Below are positions 17,742 through 27,407 of a stretch of 64,000 bases of DNA, piece after piece. Below the pieces are notes generated by a model that did no database searches, was not told the DNA's origin, and was given only the letters and a program-made list of their open reading frames with translations. Source of the DNA: Corallococcus coralloides DSM 2259 (GTDB lineage Bacteria; Myxococcota; Myxococcia; Myxococcales; Myxococcaceae); contig NC_017030.1 of the NCBI RefSeq assembly GCF_000255295.1, positions 6,294,328-6,358,327 of the forward strand. Direction: 5' to 3'. Every line of letters begins with the position of its first letter. The first letter of the stretch is position 1. The translations under genes and the position numbers were made by a program.

Positions 17742-18830
17742 ATGTACGGCCTGACTCGCGCATTGCTCTTCAGCCTGCCCCCGGAGCCCGCGCACCGGCT
17801 GGGCATGTCGGGGCTCGCGGCCCTGGGGAAGTGGAACGCCCGCTGCCGCGCGATGCGCGAGCACACGCTTCGCCGCGCGCCCATGGACCTGTCCGTGGAG
17901 CTGGCGGGGCTGAAGTTCGCCCACCCGGTGGCGCTCGCCGCCGGGCTGGACAAGGACGCGGAGGCCGTGGACGGGCTGTTCGCCTGCGGCTTCTCCGCCG
18001 TGGAGATTGGCACCGTCACGCCGAAGCCCCAGCCCGGCAACCCGAAGCCGCGCCTCTTCCGCCTGCCGGAGCACCGCGCGGTCATCAACCGCATGGGCTT
18101 CAACAACCACGGCACGGCCACCGCGGCGGAGCGCCTCAAGGCCCGCGAGTGGAAGCCCGGCCCGCTGGGCGTGAACATCGGCAAGAACAAGGACACGCCG
18201 CTGGAGCGCGCGGTGGACGACTACGTGGCGTGCGTGGACGCGCTCGCGCCGCTGGGGGACTACGTCGTCGTCAACGCGTCGTCGCCCAACACGCCGGGCC
18301 TGCGCAAGCTGCAGGAGCCGGAGGCGCTGTCCGCGCTGCTGCTCGCCGTGCGCGAGCGCATGGACCAGGTGGCCCCGGGCACGCCGCTGTTCCTCAAGAT
18401 CGCCCCGGACCTCACGCCCGAGGCCGTGGATGAGGTGGTGGACGTGGCGATGGCGCGTGGGCTGTCCGGGCTCATCGCCACCAACACCACCCTCACCCGC
18501 CCCTTCGAGCACAAGCACTCGAAGGAGGCCGGCGGCCTGTCCGGCGCCCCGGTGCGCGAGCTGTCCAACGCCGTCATCCGCCGTGCCTACCAGCGCAGCC
18601 AGGGCGCCCTGCCCCTCATCGGCGTGGGCGGCGTGTTCACCGCGCAGGACGTCTACGAGAAGCTGCGCGCGGGCGCGACCGTGGTGCAGGTCTACACGGG
18701 CTTCATCTACGAGGGCCCGGGCATGGTGGACCGCATCCTCCCGGAGCTGGGCGCCCTGCTGGCCCGGGACGGCTTCGCCTCCGTGCGCGACGTGATTGGC
18801 TTGGACGCCCGCGAAGTCACGCCCGCGTAG
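17742..18830 (+). CDS. pyrD: dihydroorotate dehydrogenase (quinone), class 2
   Basis: GFNNHG, VNIGKNK, NASSPNTPGLR and IGVGG motifs. The N-terminal membrane-association helix is typical of class 2 PyrD. Confidence 0.9.
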   Translation: MYGLTRALLFSLPPEPAHRLGMSGLAALGKWNARCRAMREHTLRRAPMDLSVELAGLKFAHPVALAAGLDKDAEAVDGLFACGFSAVEIGTVTPKPQPGNPKPRLFRLPEHRAVINRMGFNNHGTATAAERLKAREWKPGPLGVNIGKNKDTPLERAVDDYVACVDALAPLGDYVVVNASSPNTPGLRKLQEPEALSALLLAVRERMDQVAPGTPLFLKIAPDLTPEAVDEVVDVAMARGLSGLIATNTTLTRPFEHKHSKEAGGLSGAPVRELSNAVIRRAYQRSQGALPLIGVGGVFTAQDVYEKLRAGATVVQVYTGFIYEGPGMVDRILPELGALLARDGFASVRDVIGLDAREVTPA

Positions 18831-18938
18831 GCCTCCTGCCTCCGTCGTCTTTCGAGCAGCCGCCTTGACCCAGGGGGCAGGTTCTCGTGTGTCCTCCCCG
18901 CACCACCTTCCTCGCACCTGGGGGCTGGGGAGGCGGAC

Positions 18939-20579
18939 ATGCGGATGAGGTCGTGGTGGTGGGTGGTGGCGGCGGCGGGAAGCGTGATGGGGTGCGGCGC
19001 GGGGCTGGAGGCCTGGGACTCCGGGAAGGGTCCAGAGGTCGCGGAGGTCCAGGCTCGGATGGAAGCGGCCTGGGGCACGCGGGAGGTGAAGCAGGTGCTT
19101 CCCCCTGGCCGGACTCCGGGGACGCGGCTGGACAAGGAGCCCCGTCCCGAGCTGCTGACGGACGTGGCGGGCACGCTCTACTTCGTGGTGCAGGAGGAGG
19201 ACCAGCGCATCGCGCTGTGGAAGAGCGACGGGACGACGGCGGGGACTGTCGTCGTGAAGGCGTTCCCGCCGACGAATGCGATCCTGGGCGGCCTGCGGAT
19301 CGGCCAGATGACGCCGCTGGGCTCGCGGCTGTTCTTCCACCTGTTCGAGCCGGCGCTGGGCTGGGAGCTCTGGGTAAGCGACGGGACGACGGAGGGCACC
19401 CGGCCTGTCGTGGACATGAACCCGGGCCCGGCGGGTTCGAACCAGTTCAACATCACGGTGCTCAACGGCGCGCTCTCGTTCTTCCGGCATGCGCCCTACG
19501 ACCAGGGCGGCACGACGCAGCTGTGGCGCTCGGATGGCACCGCGGCGGGCACGGTCCAGTTGCTGGATTTTGGCCGCCTCACTGGCGGCCCGGGGGTGGT
19601 GCTCCCGGCTTCCGGCATCCGCGTGTTCTTCACCGATGACTTCGAGGAGACCGTGCGCTTGTGGCGCACGGACGGCACGGCCGCCGGGACGGTCCAGTTG
19701 AAGGACTTCGGCATTCCAGGGCGGTACCAGGGCACGATCCCGTGGACCCTGCGGCTGGGCGAGTCGATGTTGTTCACCCTCCAGGACACGGTGAACGGCA
19801 CGCGCCTGTGGCGGACGGACGGCACCACCGAGGGCACCCGGCTGCTGAAGCGGCTGGATGCGTCCGCGGACGTGGCCCTGTTCCCGCCCCAGGTCGTGGA
19901 CGGCACCGTGGTGTTCACCGTCACCGATGAGGGGCCCAGCCTGGAGGTCTGGAAGACGGACGGCACGGAGGCCGGCACGCTGCGGCTGGATGCCTTCGGC
20001 CGGGACGGCCAGCTGCTGGGCGTCGCCGGAGGCTTCGCCACGGTGCTCACGCGCACCGAGGACCGCCACACGAAGCTCTGGCGGCTGCCCCTGTCCGGAG
20101 GCCCCAAGGAGGGCGTCACCATCCTCTCCAATCCCTACGCGGACGACCCGAAGGCCGTGCCGGGCCTGCGCAACGCGGTGAGGGTGGAGGGCCGCATCTA
20201 CTTCGCCCGGACGCTGGGCGCGACGGTCCAGACACCTCGCGACGTGGACCTGTGGGTGACGGATGGCACCGCGGAGGGCACTCGGCGGCTGTCCTCCGGC
20301 CTCACCCGGCCGGATGTGTTCCATTCGCCGCTCATGGCCCTGGACTCCGGCAGGCTGCTGTTCTCCGCGAAGGGCAATGTCTGGATTACAGACGGGACGG
20401 TCCAGGGCACCCACGCGGTGGACTCCCTGACCGCGAACAAGACTCCCGCGGAAGCGGCTGCCTTTACGCGCGTGGGCGAACACATCTTCTTCCGCGCCCT
20501 GCCTGGCGCTCCGGGCTTCTCGCTGTGGGCCATTCCCGCCGATGACACCGGCGAGCCTTCGAGCCCGCTGATCCGGTAG
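18939..20579 (+). CDS. ELWxxDGT-repeat lipoprotein
   Basis: Lipoprotein signal ..AAAGSVMGC. At least 7 repeats of the form [EQR]LW.[ST]DGT..GT (ELWVSDGTTEGT, QLWRSDGTAAGT, RLWRTDGTAAGT, EVWKTDGTEAGT ...). Confidence 0.8.
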   Translation: MRMRSWWWVVAAAGSVMGCGAGLEAWDSGKGPEVAEVQARMEAAWGTREVKQVLPPGRTPGTRLDKEPRPELLTDVAGTLYFVVQEEDQRIALWKSDGTTAGTVVVKAFPPTNAILGGLRIGQMTPLGSRLFFHLFEPALGWELWVSDGTTEGTRPVVDMNPGPAGSNQFNITVLNGALSFFRHAPYDQGGTTQLWRSDGTAAGTVQLLDFGRLTGGPGVVLPASGIRVFFTDDFEETVRLWRTDGTAAGTVQLKDFGIPGRYQGTIPWTLRLGESMLFTLQDTVNGTRLWRTDGTTEGTRLLKRLDASADVALFPPQVVDGTVVFTVTDEGPSLEVWKTDGTEAGTLRLDAFGRDGQLLGVAGGFATVLTRTEDRHTKLWRLPLSGGPKEGVTILSNPYADDPKAVPGLRNAVRVEGRIYFARTLGATVQTPRDVDLWVTDGTAEGTRRLSSGLTRPDVFHSPLMALDSGRLLFSAKGNVWITDGTVQGTHAVDSLTANKTPAEAAAFTRVGEHIFFRALPGAPGFSLWAIPADDTGEPSSPLIR

Positions 20580-20632
20580 CTCCGCCCTTCGAGGTGCGCC
20601 GTTCCTCCTCCGCACAGCCTGGGACCGCGCGC

Positions 20633-21715
20633 TCAGTATTCCTTCAGGAGGGCGGTGGCCACCTTGAGGTCCAGCCGCTTGAACAACGCCGAAACCTTCG
20701 CCTTCGGGATCAGCTTCTTCGCGGCCGCCTCGATCCTGAGGAGCGAGAAGGCGAGCTGATCGAGGGAGGCGAAGGCCGGCGAGACAGAGCCCTCCTCGTG
20801 CGCGTAGCGGAAGACCGCTCCCGTCGTGACGTCGAGGAGGAACATCTCGCCGGAGCCGTCGCTCGCGATGCCGACGTACTTTTCGTCGCTCGCACCGGCC
20901 AGGTCCTCCTTCTTGCAGTCGAAGCCGTAGCTGTCGAAGTCGAAGGCGATGGTCATCGACGGCACGCCACCGCCCGTCACCACTTCGTCCAGCGCACGGC
21001 CCGCGGGAACGGAACGAACCTTCTTGCTCCCGGGCTTCGACACGCGGGGCGCCTTCGGGAAGAAGCGCGCCGCGTCGGCCGCGAAGTCGCCGCGCTCGAT
21101 GTAGCCGGCCAGGGTGCCCGCCTCGACGGTCTCACCCCACTCGGTGAGCGTGGGCTTGCTCACGTCGAGGGGCGTGCCGTCCTTGGCGAAGAACGTCGTG
21201 TTCTTCAGCTTGCCCTTGGCGAACACCGCCGTCAGGCGATGCGGCCAGGGCTTCGGGACCTTGAAGATCTTGTGCAGGAGCGTGGTGCCGGCGTGCTCGA
21301 ACAGGGCCCCATCGACCGGGCCGACGACCCACTCGACGGCGCCGTCGATGACGCCATCACGCAGTTCAATCCGCAGCTCGTCCGGGAAGTCGAAGCCGGG
21401 GCGGAAGCGCACCTCGACCAGCGCGCCGTCCGCGAACGTCGCGATCATCGTGTTGGTCGGCCCGTTCGGCAGCCCGAGCGCCGCCTGCATGGCCACGCGC
21501 GGTGCGTGCTCCGACATCTCGTGGATGCCGAGCGACCATTTGATCTCTCCATCCAGCTTGCCGTCCTTGCGCGTGGCGTCGAGCAGCAGGAGTCCCGACG
21601 GATGGATCCACAGGCGCTCGCGCGGTTCGTTGGGACCTCCGCATCGCCAGAGGTTGGCGGAGGCATCGAAGGTGGCTTCAGGAGGCACGCTCTTGGGGCG
21701 CGGGGCGGTCGTCAT
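20633..21715 (-). CDS. hypothetical protein, 360 aa, with a C-terminal region reminiscent of the SMI1/KNR4 (SUKH) fold
   Basis: The ATG is at 21715 and GC3 is high. C-terminal KYVGIASDGSGEMFLLDVTTGAVFRYAHEEG resembles the IA.DG.GN...LD...G.V motif of SUKH proteins. This is a weak, by-eye call. Confidence 0.5.
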   Translation of the reverse strand: MTTAPRPKSVPPEATFDASANLWRCGGPNEPRERLWIHPSGLLLLDATRKDGKLDGEIKWSLGIHEMSEHAPRVAMQAALGLPNGPTNTMIATFADGALVEVRFRPGFDFPDELRIELRDGVIDGAVEWVVGPVDGALFEHAGTTLLHKIFKVPKPWPHRLTAVFAKGKLKNTTFFAKDGTPLDVSKPTLTEWGETVEAGTLAGYIERGDFAADAARFFPKAPRVSKPGSKKVRSVPAGRALDEVVTGGGVPSMTIAFDFDSYGFDCKKEDLAGASDEKYVGIASDGSGEMFLLDVTTGAVFRYAHEEGSVSPAFASLDQLAFSLLRIEAAAKKLIPKAKVSALFKRLDLKVATALLKEY

Positions 21716-21922
21716 CGTGCCGCACCATACCTGTCGCACTCCTTCCCTCCACATTTCCCTGGGAACGGAAATCTTCTGGTGGGTGCGGATTCGCTTGTCT
21801 GCCTTTGAACGCTGACGCGCCGCATCCCAGACGCCTCTTGGGCTTTCCTGGACTCCGAGGAAACTCCGAACGTGCCAGGTCCGATGATGGTTCCAGGAAC
21901 TCCGTCCTGAGGTGCCAGCCAC

Positions 21923-22495
21923 ATGAAGATCTCCCGCCCGCTGTCGACCCTCCCGCAGATCGAACAGCAGCCCCTCACGCCTCCGGTCAAGTGCGCGTCC
22001 GGACAGAGCATCCTCGCGGGTGGCCGGGGGGGTTCTCGCGGGGCCCAGGGCTACAAGGATCTTCCGGACGGTTTCCAGGGTGGCGCCTCGCAGGCCCGGC
22101 TGGACGGCTCCATCGAGGACCGCCTCCATCGCGGGCCGGTGGGTGACGGCGGCGAGGCGCGGCCCTGCGCCTCCGGCTCCAGCGCGAGGGGCAGCGGACA
22201 CTCGGGTTCCGTCTCGTGCAGCTTCGTGCCCCCGGACAGCGGGGCGGCGGGCGCGCCCGAGTCGAAGCCGTCTTCCCCCCTGGAGAAGTTCGCCGAGAAG
22301 ATCCGCGACCTGTTCGCGAAGCTGCTGGACGGGGACATCCCGGAGGCCTCCCGCCGTGGCCGGGTGGCGACGGGCGACAGCTCCCGGTCCTCGGGCTCCA
22401 AGCACTCCGGCAGTGGCCAGGGCCGCATCGGGGCCGAAGAGGATCCCCCGCCGGCCGACTTCTCGTCCCGGTCCAGCCGCGAACCCAGGGCGTGA
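21923..22495 (+). CDS. hypothetical low-complexity Ser/Gly/Arg-rich protein
   Basis: GC3 is strongly biased to G/C across the 573 nt, which is consistent with coding. The gene lies 41 nt upstream of the Ser/Thr kinase gene on the same strand. It has no recognisable domain. Confidence 0.35.
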   Translation: MKISRPLSTLPQIEQQPLTPPVKCASGQSILAGGRGGSRGAQGYKDLPDGFQGGASQARLDGSIEDRLHRGPVGDGGEARPCASGSSARGSGHSGSVSCSFVPPDSGAAGAPESKPSSPLEKFAEKIRDLFAKLLDGDIPEASRRGRVATGDSSRSSGSKHSGSGQGRIGAEEDPPPADFSSRSSREPRA

Positions 22496-22536
22496 TCCTG
22501 CGTTCCCGGCGTAAGTGACGGTAGGCTTGCGCCGGA

Positions 22537-23748
22537 ATGAACGACGTCCAGCGATTCGGGCCGTACCGCGTCCTGCGGGACATTGGCGAAGGCGGCATGG
22601 GGCGCGTCTCGCTCGCGGAACGTGAGGGCTGGGAAGAGCCGGTCGTCCTCAAACGCATCCACTCCGAGCACGCCGCCGACATCCGCTTCCGCCGCCGCCT
22701 GCTGAGGGAGGCGGAGGTCGCCGCCGGATTGCACCACCTCAACGTGGTGCGGGTGCTGGAGACGGGCGTCATCGACGACCAGGTCTACCTGTCCATGGAG
22801 TACGTCGCGGGCTCCAGCCTCGCGCACGTCCACGCGGCCAGCCGGCCGGAGCTGCTGCCGCTGGGCCCCATCCTGGATGCCATCGCGCAGGCCTGTGACG
22901 GGCTCGCGTACGTGCACCGCTTCGTCAATCCGGAGTCGGGCAAGTGGATGGAGCTCATCCACCGCGACGTGTCCCTGGACAACCTGCTGCTCTCCTACAC
23001 CGGCACGGTGAAGATCGCGGACTTCGGCATCGTGAAGACGTCGGAAGGCACGCAGACGACGTCTGGCGTGGTGATGGGGAAGTTGGCGTACATGTCCCCG
23101 GAGCAGATCCGCGACGAGGTCCTGGACGCGCGCGCGGACCTGTACTCGCTGGGCGTCTGTCTTTACGAGCTGCTCGCCGGACGCCGGCCGTTTCCCATCC
23201 AGCGCGGCCGCTCGGTGATGGAGTCGGTGCTGTATGACGCTCCGCCGCCGCTCACGCCGCAGCGTCCGGGGATTCCCGCGTCGCTGGTGTCGCTGGTGGA
23301 AGCCCTGCTCGCCAAGGACCGCAAGGGCAGGCCCACGGAGGCCACCGCCGTAGCGAAGGAGCTCCGCGCGGAGCTGGCCCGGCTGGGCGAGTCCCCCCTC
23401 TTCCCGTCCCGGCTGATGGAGCCACCCGCCGGCGTCCCGGCGAAGCCCCGGCGGCTCCGTCCGGCCCTGCCCGAGCCGCCCTCCCCCGCGCCCACGGAGG
23501 TGATGAAGCCGGAGGTTCTGCCCACCGTGCCCCTGGCGCCGGCGCCTCCCCTGCACTCGGAGGCGCCGACCCAGGAGCTGAGGAGACCCCAGCGCCCTGG
23601 CTCCCAGCCACCAGAGCCCGTTCCGCCCGCGAAGCGGTTCCGGTCCGGTGGACCACGGCCACAGTCTGGACAAGCACCGTGGCTCAAGTGGATGGCCGTC
23701 TCCGTGGCGGGGAGTCTCATCGCCGCGGCGGCGTGGTGGTGGAGCTGA
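22537..23748 (+). CDS. eukaryotic-like Ser/Thr protein kinase with Pro-rich tail and C-terminal TM
   Basis: GEGGMGRV glycine loop, VVLKR Lys, HRDVSLDNLLL catalytic loop, DFGIV, SPEQ. Confidence 0.85.
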   Translation: MNDVQRFGPYRVLRDIGEGGMGRVSLAEREGWEEPVVLKRIHSEHAADIRFRRRLLREAEVAAGLHHLNVVRVLETGVIDDQVYLSMEYVAGSSLAHVHAASRPELLPLGPILDAIAQACDGLAYVHRFVNPESGKWMELIHRDVSLDNLLLSYTGTVKIADFGIVKTSEGTQTTSGVVMGKLAYMSPEQIRDEVLDARADLYSLGVCLYELLAGRRPFPIQRGRSVMESVLYDAPPPLTPQRPGIPASLVSLVEALLAKDRKGRPTEATAVAKELRAELARLGESPLFPSRLMEPPAGVPAKPRRLRPALPEPPSPAPTEVMKPEVLPTVPLAPAPPLHSEAPTQELRRPQRPGSQPPEPVPPAKRFRSGGPRPQSGQAPWLKWMAVSVAGSLIAAAAWWWS

Positions 23749-24174
23749 TCAGCAGCCGCTGCAGCCACCGGAGACATTCTGGTACTGCCATTCCGTGTGC
23801 GTGTAGTTGCCGGCGGCGTCAAAGCACACACGATACTGGGACTGCTGATTGTACTTGCCCAGCTCGTAGTACATGACGGCCACCTGGCCCGACGGGCACA
23901 CCGGCGGCCGCTGCTGGGGCCCATCGTCGAGGGTCGGAGCCGCTTCCGGCGCCAGGCGCGGCTCACAACGCCAGTAGTTCCCGCAGGCGGAATTGGGCTG
24001 ACAGCTCGACACGCCGGTGTTGGCCCATCCGGACCAGGTGCCACACGAGGCCAGCGCGGCCTCCGACGTGGCCAGCGTCGCCTCCTCCACGGCGGCCTCC
24101 TCGGGCGTCATCGCTCCACCGCACGCCGTCAATGCCAGACCCGTGCACAGCAGCAACGCGATTCCAGGCTTCAT
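23749..24174 (-). CDS. Cys-rich lipoprotein (141 aa)
   Basis: AAGGAG RBS lies 7 nt before the ATG at 24174. Lipobox LTAC. About 10 Cys. Confidence 0.6.
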   Translation of the reverse strand: MKPGIALLLCTGLALTACGGAMTPEEAAVEEATLATSEAALASCGTWSGWANTGVSSCQPNSACGNYWRCEPRLAPEAAPTLDDGPQQRPPVCPSGQVAVMYYELGKYNQQSQYRVCFDAAGNYTHTEWQYQNVSGGCSGC

Positions 24175-24317
24175 GGATGACTCCTTGTCCGAGGGGACGC
24201 CGGCATGGCGCCCGGCCTTCCGACAAGGCGGCATGTTAGGCAATCCGGCTTGGACAGACCACTCCATGCCTTCGCTGCAATTCCATCAAGAACGGCCAAA
24301 TCCAATGACTGTGAGGT

Positions 24318-27233
24318 TCAACGGCTGGCAATCCATTGCTTCACCTGCGCCAGCTCGCGCCGCGTCATGGAGCCGCCCTGGGTGAAGCCTTCCTCGGCCT
24401 GCTTCGCGAGCGTCATCGCCCGTGCGTGCTCCGCGGGCTGCCCCCAGAGCGCCTGCGCGAGCGCGAAGTGCGTCATCGCCGCGTCCACCGGGTTCCAGCC
24501 CAGCGGCGCCAGCACCCGCTCGGACGTCTCCAGCAGTTCACGCGCGCTGTCGACCTGCCCCAGCAGGAAGTACGCGAGCCCCAGCGCCGTGCGGCTGTGG
24601 ATGGTCCGCGCATGCTCCGCGCCCAGCGAGCGCGACTTGGACTCCAGCGCCGCGCGCAACAGCGGCACCGCTTCCTTTGGACGGCCCTGCGCCACCATCA
24701 GCCGCCCCACGTCCTCCTCCAGCGTGTCCACCGCGAACTCCTCCGGAGGCAGCACCTTGCGCTGGAGCGCCAGCCCTTCCTGGAAGTGCGCGAGCGCGTC
24801 CGCGTCCCGCTCCAGCCGCTCCTCCGCGCCCGCCAGCGCCTTCAGCGAGTCGATGGCCTCGCGGCTCTCCGCGCCGAAGCCCTGACGCATGCCCTCCAGC
24901 GCCTGCCGGTGCAGCGCGAGCGCCCGGTCCGGCGCGCCCAGCGATTCCTGCACCAGCGCGATGTCGTGGAGCAGCAGCAACGTCTGGGAATTGAGCGGCC
25001 CCAGCGTCTGCTGCCGCAGCGTGTACGCGCGCTGCAACCACTCCAGCGCCTTCGGCAGGTTTCCCGCCTCCTGCTCCGCGAAGCCCAGGTTGGTGAGCGT
25101 GCCCGCGAGCAGCGGATGCACCGGCCCCAGCCGCTCCTCGTAGATGGCGAGCGCCTTCTGGTACAGCGCGGTGGCCTCCGCCTGCTTGCCCTGGCGCAGC
25201 ATCACCATGCCCAGGTTGTTGTAGACCTTCGCGGTGTCCACGTGCGTGGGCCCCAGGGTGCGCTCGCGCAGCGCCAGGGCCCGCGCGTAGTGCCCCGCCG
25301 CCGCGTCGAGCGCTTCTTCGTTCAGCGCGAGGATGCCTTCGTGGTTGGCCAGCCGTCCCTCCAGGTCCGGCGCGGAGCCCAGCCGTTCGATGAGCGCGTG
25401 CGCCTGGGCGCTCCACAGGTGGGCCTCGGGGAACCACTCAGGGTCCCCACTCAGGCCGAGCACCAGCTCCGTGGCCACCTGGAGCGCCACCTCGTCATGC
25501 CGTCCCGCCGTGGCCGCGGCCATGGCCTCGTGCCACGTGGCCCGCGCGTCGCGCGACTGGCTCATGCGGTGGTGGGCCCAGCCCAGGACATGGAGCGCTT
25601 CCGCCTCCACCGGCCGGTAGCGTGTCGCGTGCGCCGCCTCCACCGCTGCCCGGGCCACGGGCACCGCCTGCGCGTAGCGGCCCGTGTCGAGTAGCGCCTG
25701 TGCATGCGCCACGTCCTGGCGTACCGCCTCCACGCGGGTGCGCGACGCCTCGTCCTCCGGCGGCGGTACCGCGGCGGAGAGTGCCTCCACGTTCGCGCAG
25801 CCGGACACGCCGCGCAGCGAATCCACCGCCTCCGCGCTGCGCTGCACCAGCGCCACGTCCGCGTGTGCCAGCTCCGCGCTCAGCGCGTCCACCGCGCGCA
25901 GGCGCCGGTCCAGGCACGACATGCGCAGCGCCAGGTGCGCTTCCGGCTGCTCTCCTGTCACGCGCGTGGCCTCACAGGCCTGGCGGTGCATGCGGCTCCA
26001 CTCCGACGCGTAGGCATCCAGCGCGCGCTCCACCCGGTCGAACGCACCGTCCGCGTCCGCCGCGCCGCTCTTCTCGAAGGCCTCCGCCACCGCCGCCTTC
26101 TGCGCGGGGCCCCACACGCGGGCGAACAGCTTCGGCGCGCCGCTGCACGGCGTGGGACGCACCCACGCCACGCCCACGCCCAGGAGGAGTCCGGCCACCA
26201 CCGCGATGGAGCGGCCCGCGAGCTTCTTCCGTCCCGCCTCCGGGTCGTGCTCCAGCGCCGCCAGCAGCGCCTCCATGGACGCGAAGCGCTGCTCCGGCGC
26301 CACCGCCAGGCCCTGCGCCAGCACGCGGTGCACCCAGCCCGGGACGGACGGATGCGCGGGCGGCTCCAGCTCCACCCGAGGCACCACCGCGCCCTGGGGG
26401 GCCCGCTGCGAATCCAGCAGCGTGACGGCCATGCGCCGCAGCGTTCCCTCCTCGAAGGGACGCTGGCCGGTGAGGGCCTCATAGACGGACACGCAATAGC
26501 TGAACTGATCCGCTCTCGCGTCCGGGCCCCGCCCCGCGTACTGCTCCGGCGCCATGTACGCGGGCGTCCCCACCAGCGCGCCCGTCGCCGTGAGCCTCGT
26601 GTCGAGCGGCCCCTCCAACAGCGCCGCCAGTGGCACCGCGGGCCCTGCCTCCGTGCCCACGCCCGCGTCGGACGCGATGCCGAAGTCCGTCACCCAGACG
26701 CCGCCGTCCCGGCCCAAGAGCACGTTGTCCGGCTTGAAGTCGCGGTGCACCAGCCCCGCCGCGTGCGCCGCCGCGAGCCCCTGCCCCATCGCCCGGCACA
26801 CCGCCAGCACCTCGCGTTGGGAGTGCGGCCCCTCGCGCAGCCACTGCCGCAGCGTGCCGCCCTCCACGCGCGCCATGGCGATGAACACCCGGCCCTCGTG
26901 CGTGCCCACGTCGTGCACCGTGAGCACGTTCGGATGGGACAGGCGCGCCATGGCCTGGGCCTCGCGCACCAGCCGCAGCGCGCGGGCGTCCTCCTCCTCG
27001 TCCGGCAGGCGCCGCTCGTGCAGGAGCTTGATGGCGACGGTGCGGCGCAGCTCCGGGTCGAAGGCCTCGAAGACCTCGCCCATGCCGCCCTTGCCCAGCC
27101 GCGCCAGCAACACGTACCGGCCCACGCGCGTCGCGTGGAGCGGACGCTCCGGCCCACTGGAGTCACCCGTCGGGTGGCCCGTGTTCGGCGCCTGGGAACC
27201 GGTGTCTTCAGTGGGCCGGGAGGTCTTCATCAC
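24318..27233 (-). CDS. Ser/Thr protein kinase with TM segment and C-terminal TPR repeat domain
   Basis: Kinase motifs GKGGMGEV, AIKLL, HRDFKPDNVLL, DFGIA and APEQ. A TM helix follows at about residue 340. TPR-like repeats run to the C-terminus (YNNLGMVMLRQGKQAEATALYQKALAI ...). Confidence 0.85.
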   Translation of the reverse strand: MMKTSRPTEDTGSQAPNTGHPTGDSSGPERPLHATRVGRYVLLARLGKGGMGEVFEAFDPELRRTVAIKLLHERRLPDEEEDARALRLVREAQAMARLSHPNVLTVHDVGTHEGRVFIAMARVEGGTLRQWLREGPHSQREVLAVCRAMGQGLAAAHAAGLVHRDFKPDNVLLGRDGGVWVTDFGIASDAGVGTEAGPAVPLAALLEGPLDTRLTATGALVGTPAYMAPEQYAGRGPDARADQFSYCVSVYEALTGQRPFEEGTLRRMAVTLLDSQRAPQGAVVPRVELEPPAHPSVPGWVHRVLAQGLAVAPEQRFASMEALLAALEHDPEAGRKKLAGRSIAVVAGLLLGVGVAWVRPTPCSGAPKLFARVWGPAQKAAVAEAFEKSGAADADGAFDRVERALDAYASEWSRMHRQACEATRVTGEQPEAHLALRMSCLDRRLRAVDALSAELAHADVALVQRSAEAVDSLRGVSGCANVEALSAAVPPPEDEASRTRVEAVRQDVAHAQALLDTGRYAQAVPVARAAVEAAHATRYRPVEAEALHVLGWAHHRMSQSRDARATWHEAMAAATAGRHDEVALQVATELVLGLSGDPEWFPEAHLWSAQAHALIERLGSAPDLEGRLANHEGILALNEEALDAAAGHYARALALRERTLGPTHVDTAKVYNNLGMVMLRQGKQAEATALYQKALAIYEERLGPVHPLLAGTLTNLGFAEQEAGNLPKALEWLQRAYTLRQQTLGPLNSQTLLLLHDIALVQESLGAPDRALALHRQALEGMRQGFGAESREAIDSLKALAGAEERLERDADALAHFQEGLALQRKVLPPEEFAVDTLEEDVGRLMVAQGRPKEAVPLLRAALESKSRSLGAEHARTIHSRTALGLAYFLLGQVDSARELLETSERVLAPLGWNPVDAAMTHFALAQALWGQPAEHARAMTLAKQAEEGFTQGGSMTRRELAQVKQWIASR

Positions 27234-27407
27234 TCCCAGCCTACCCTGAACCCGCCTTTCCCCATTATCCGCGCCTGCCTACCTGCTCCGGGTAGTGATT
27301 GTGACAATGGCCAATGGCAAACATTGTACATCGGGCACGACGCAGGCGGTCAGGGCCGCTCGATTCGGCGCGTGCGCGGGCAGGGGTGGTTGGTTATAGC
27401 GGCGCCC

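Noticed and set aside
15987-20615. 1542-aa minus-strand ORF
   Set aside because: It is antisense to four well-supported plus-strand genes (smr, add, pyrD and the ELWxxDGT gene). Its translation is Arg/Gly/Ala/Pro-rich with no motifs. It is a typical stop-poor shadow frame of a high-GC genome.
24270-24300. sigma54-like motif TGGCAATCCATTGC
   Set aside because: The spacing between the GG and GC elements is one nucleotide short of the -24/-12 consensus. The orientation also points into the 3' end of a convergent gene.
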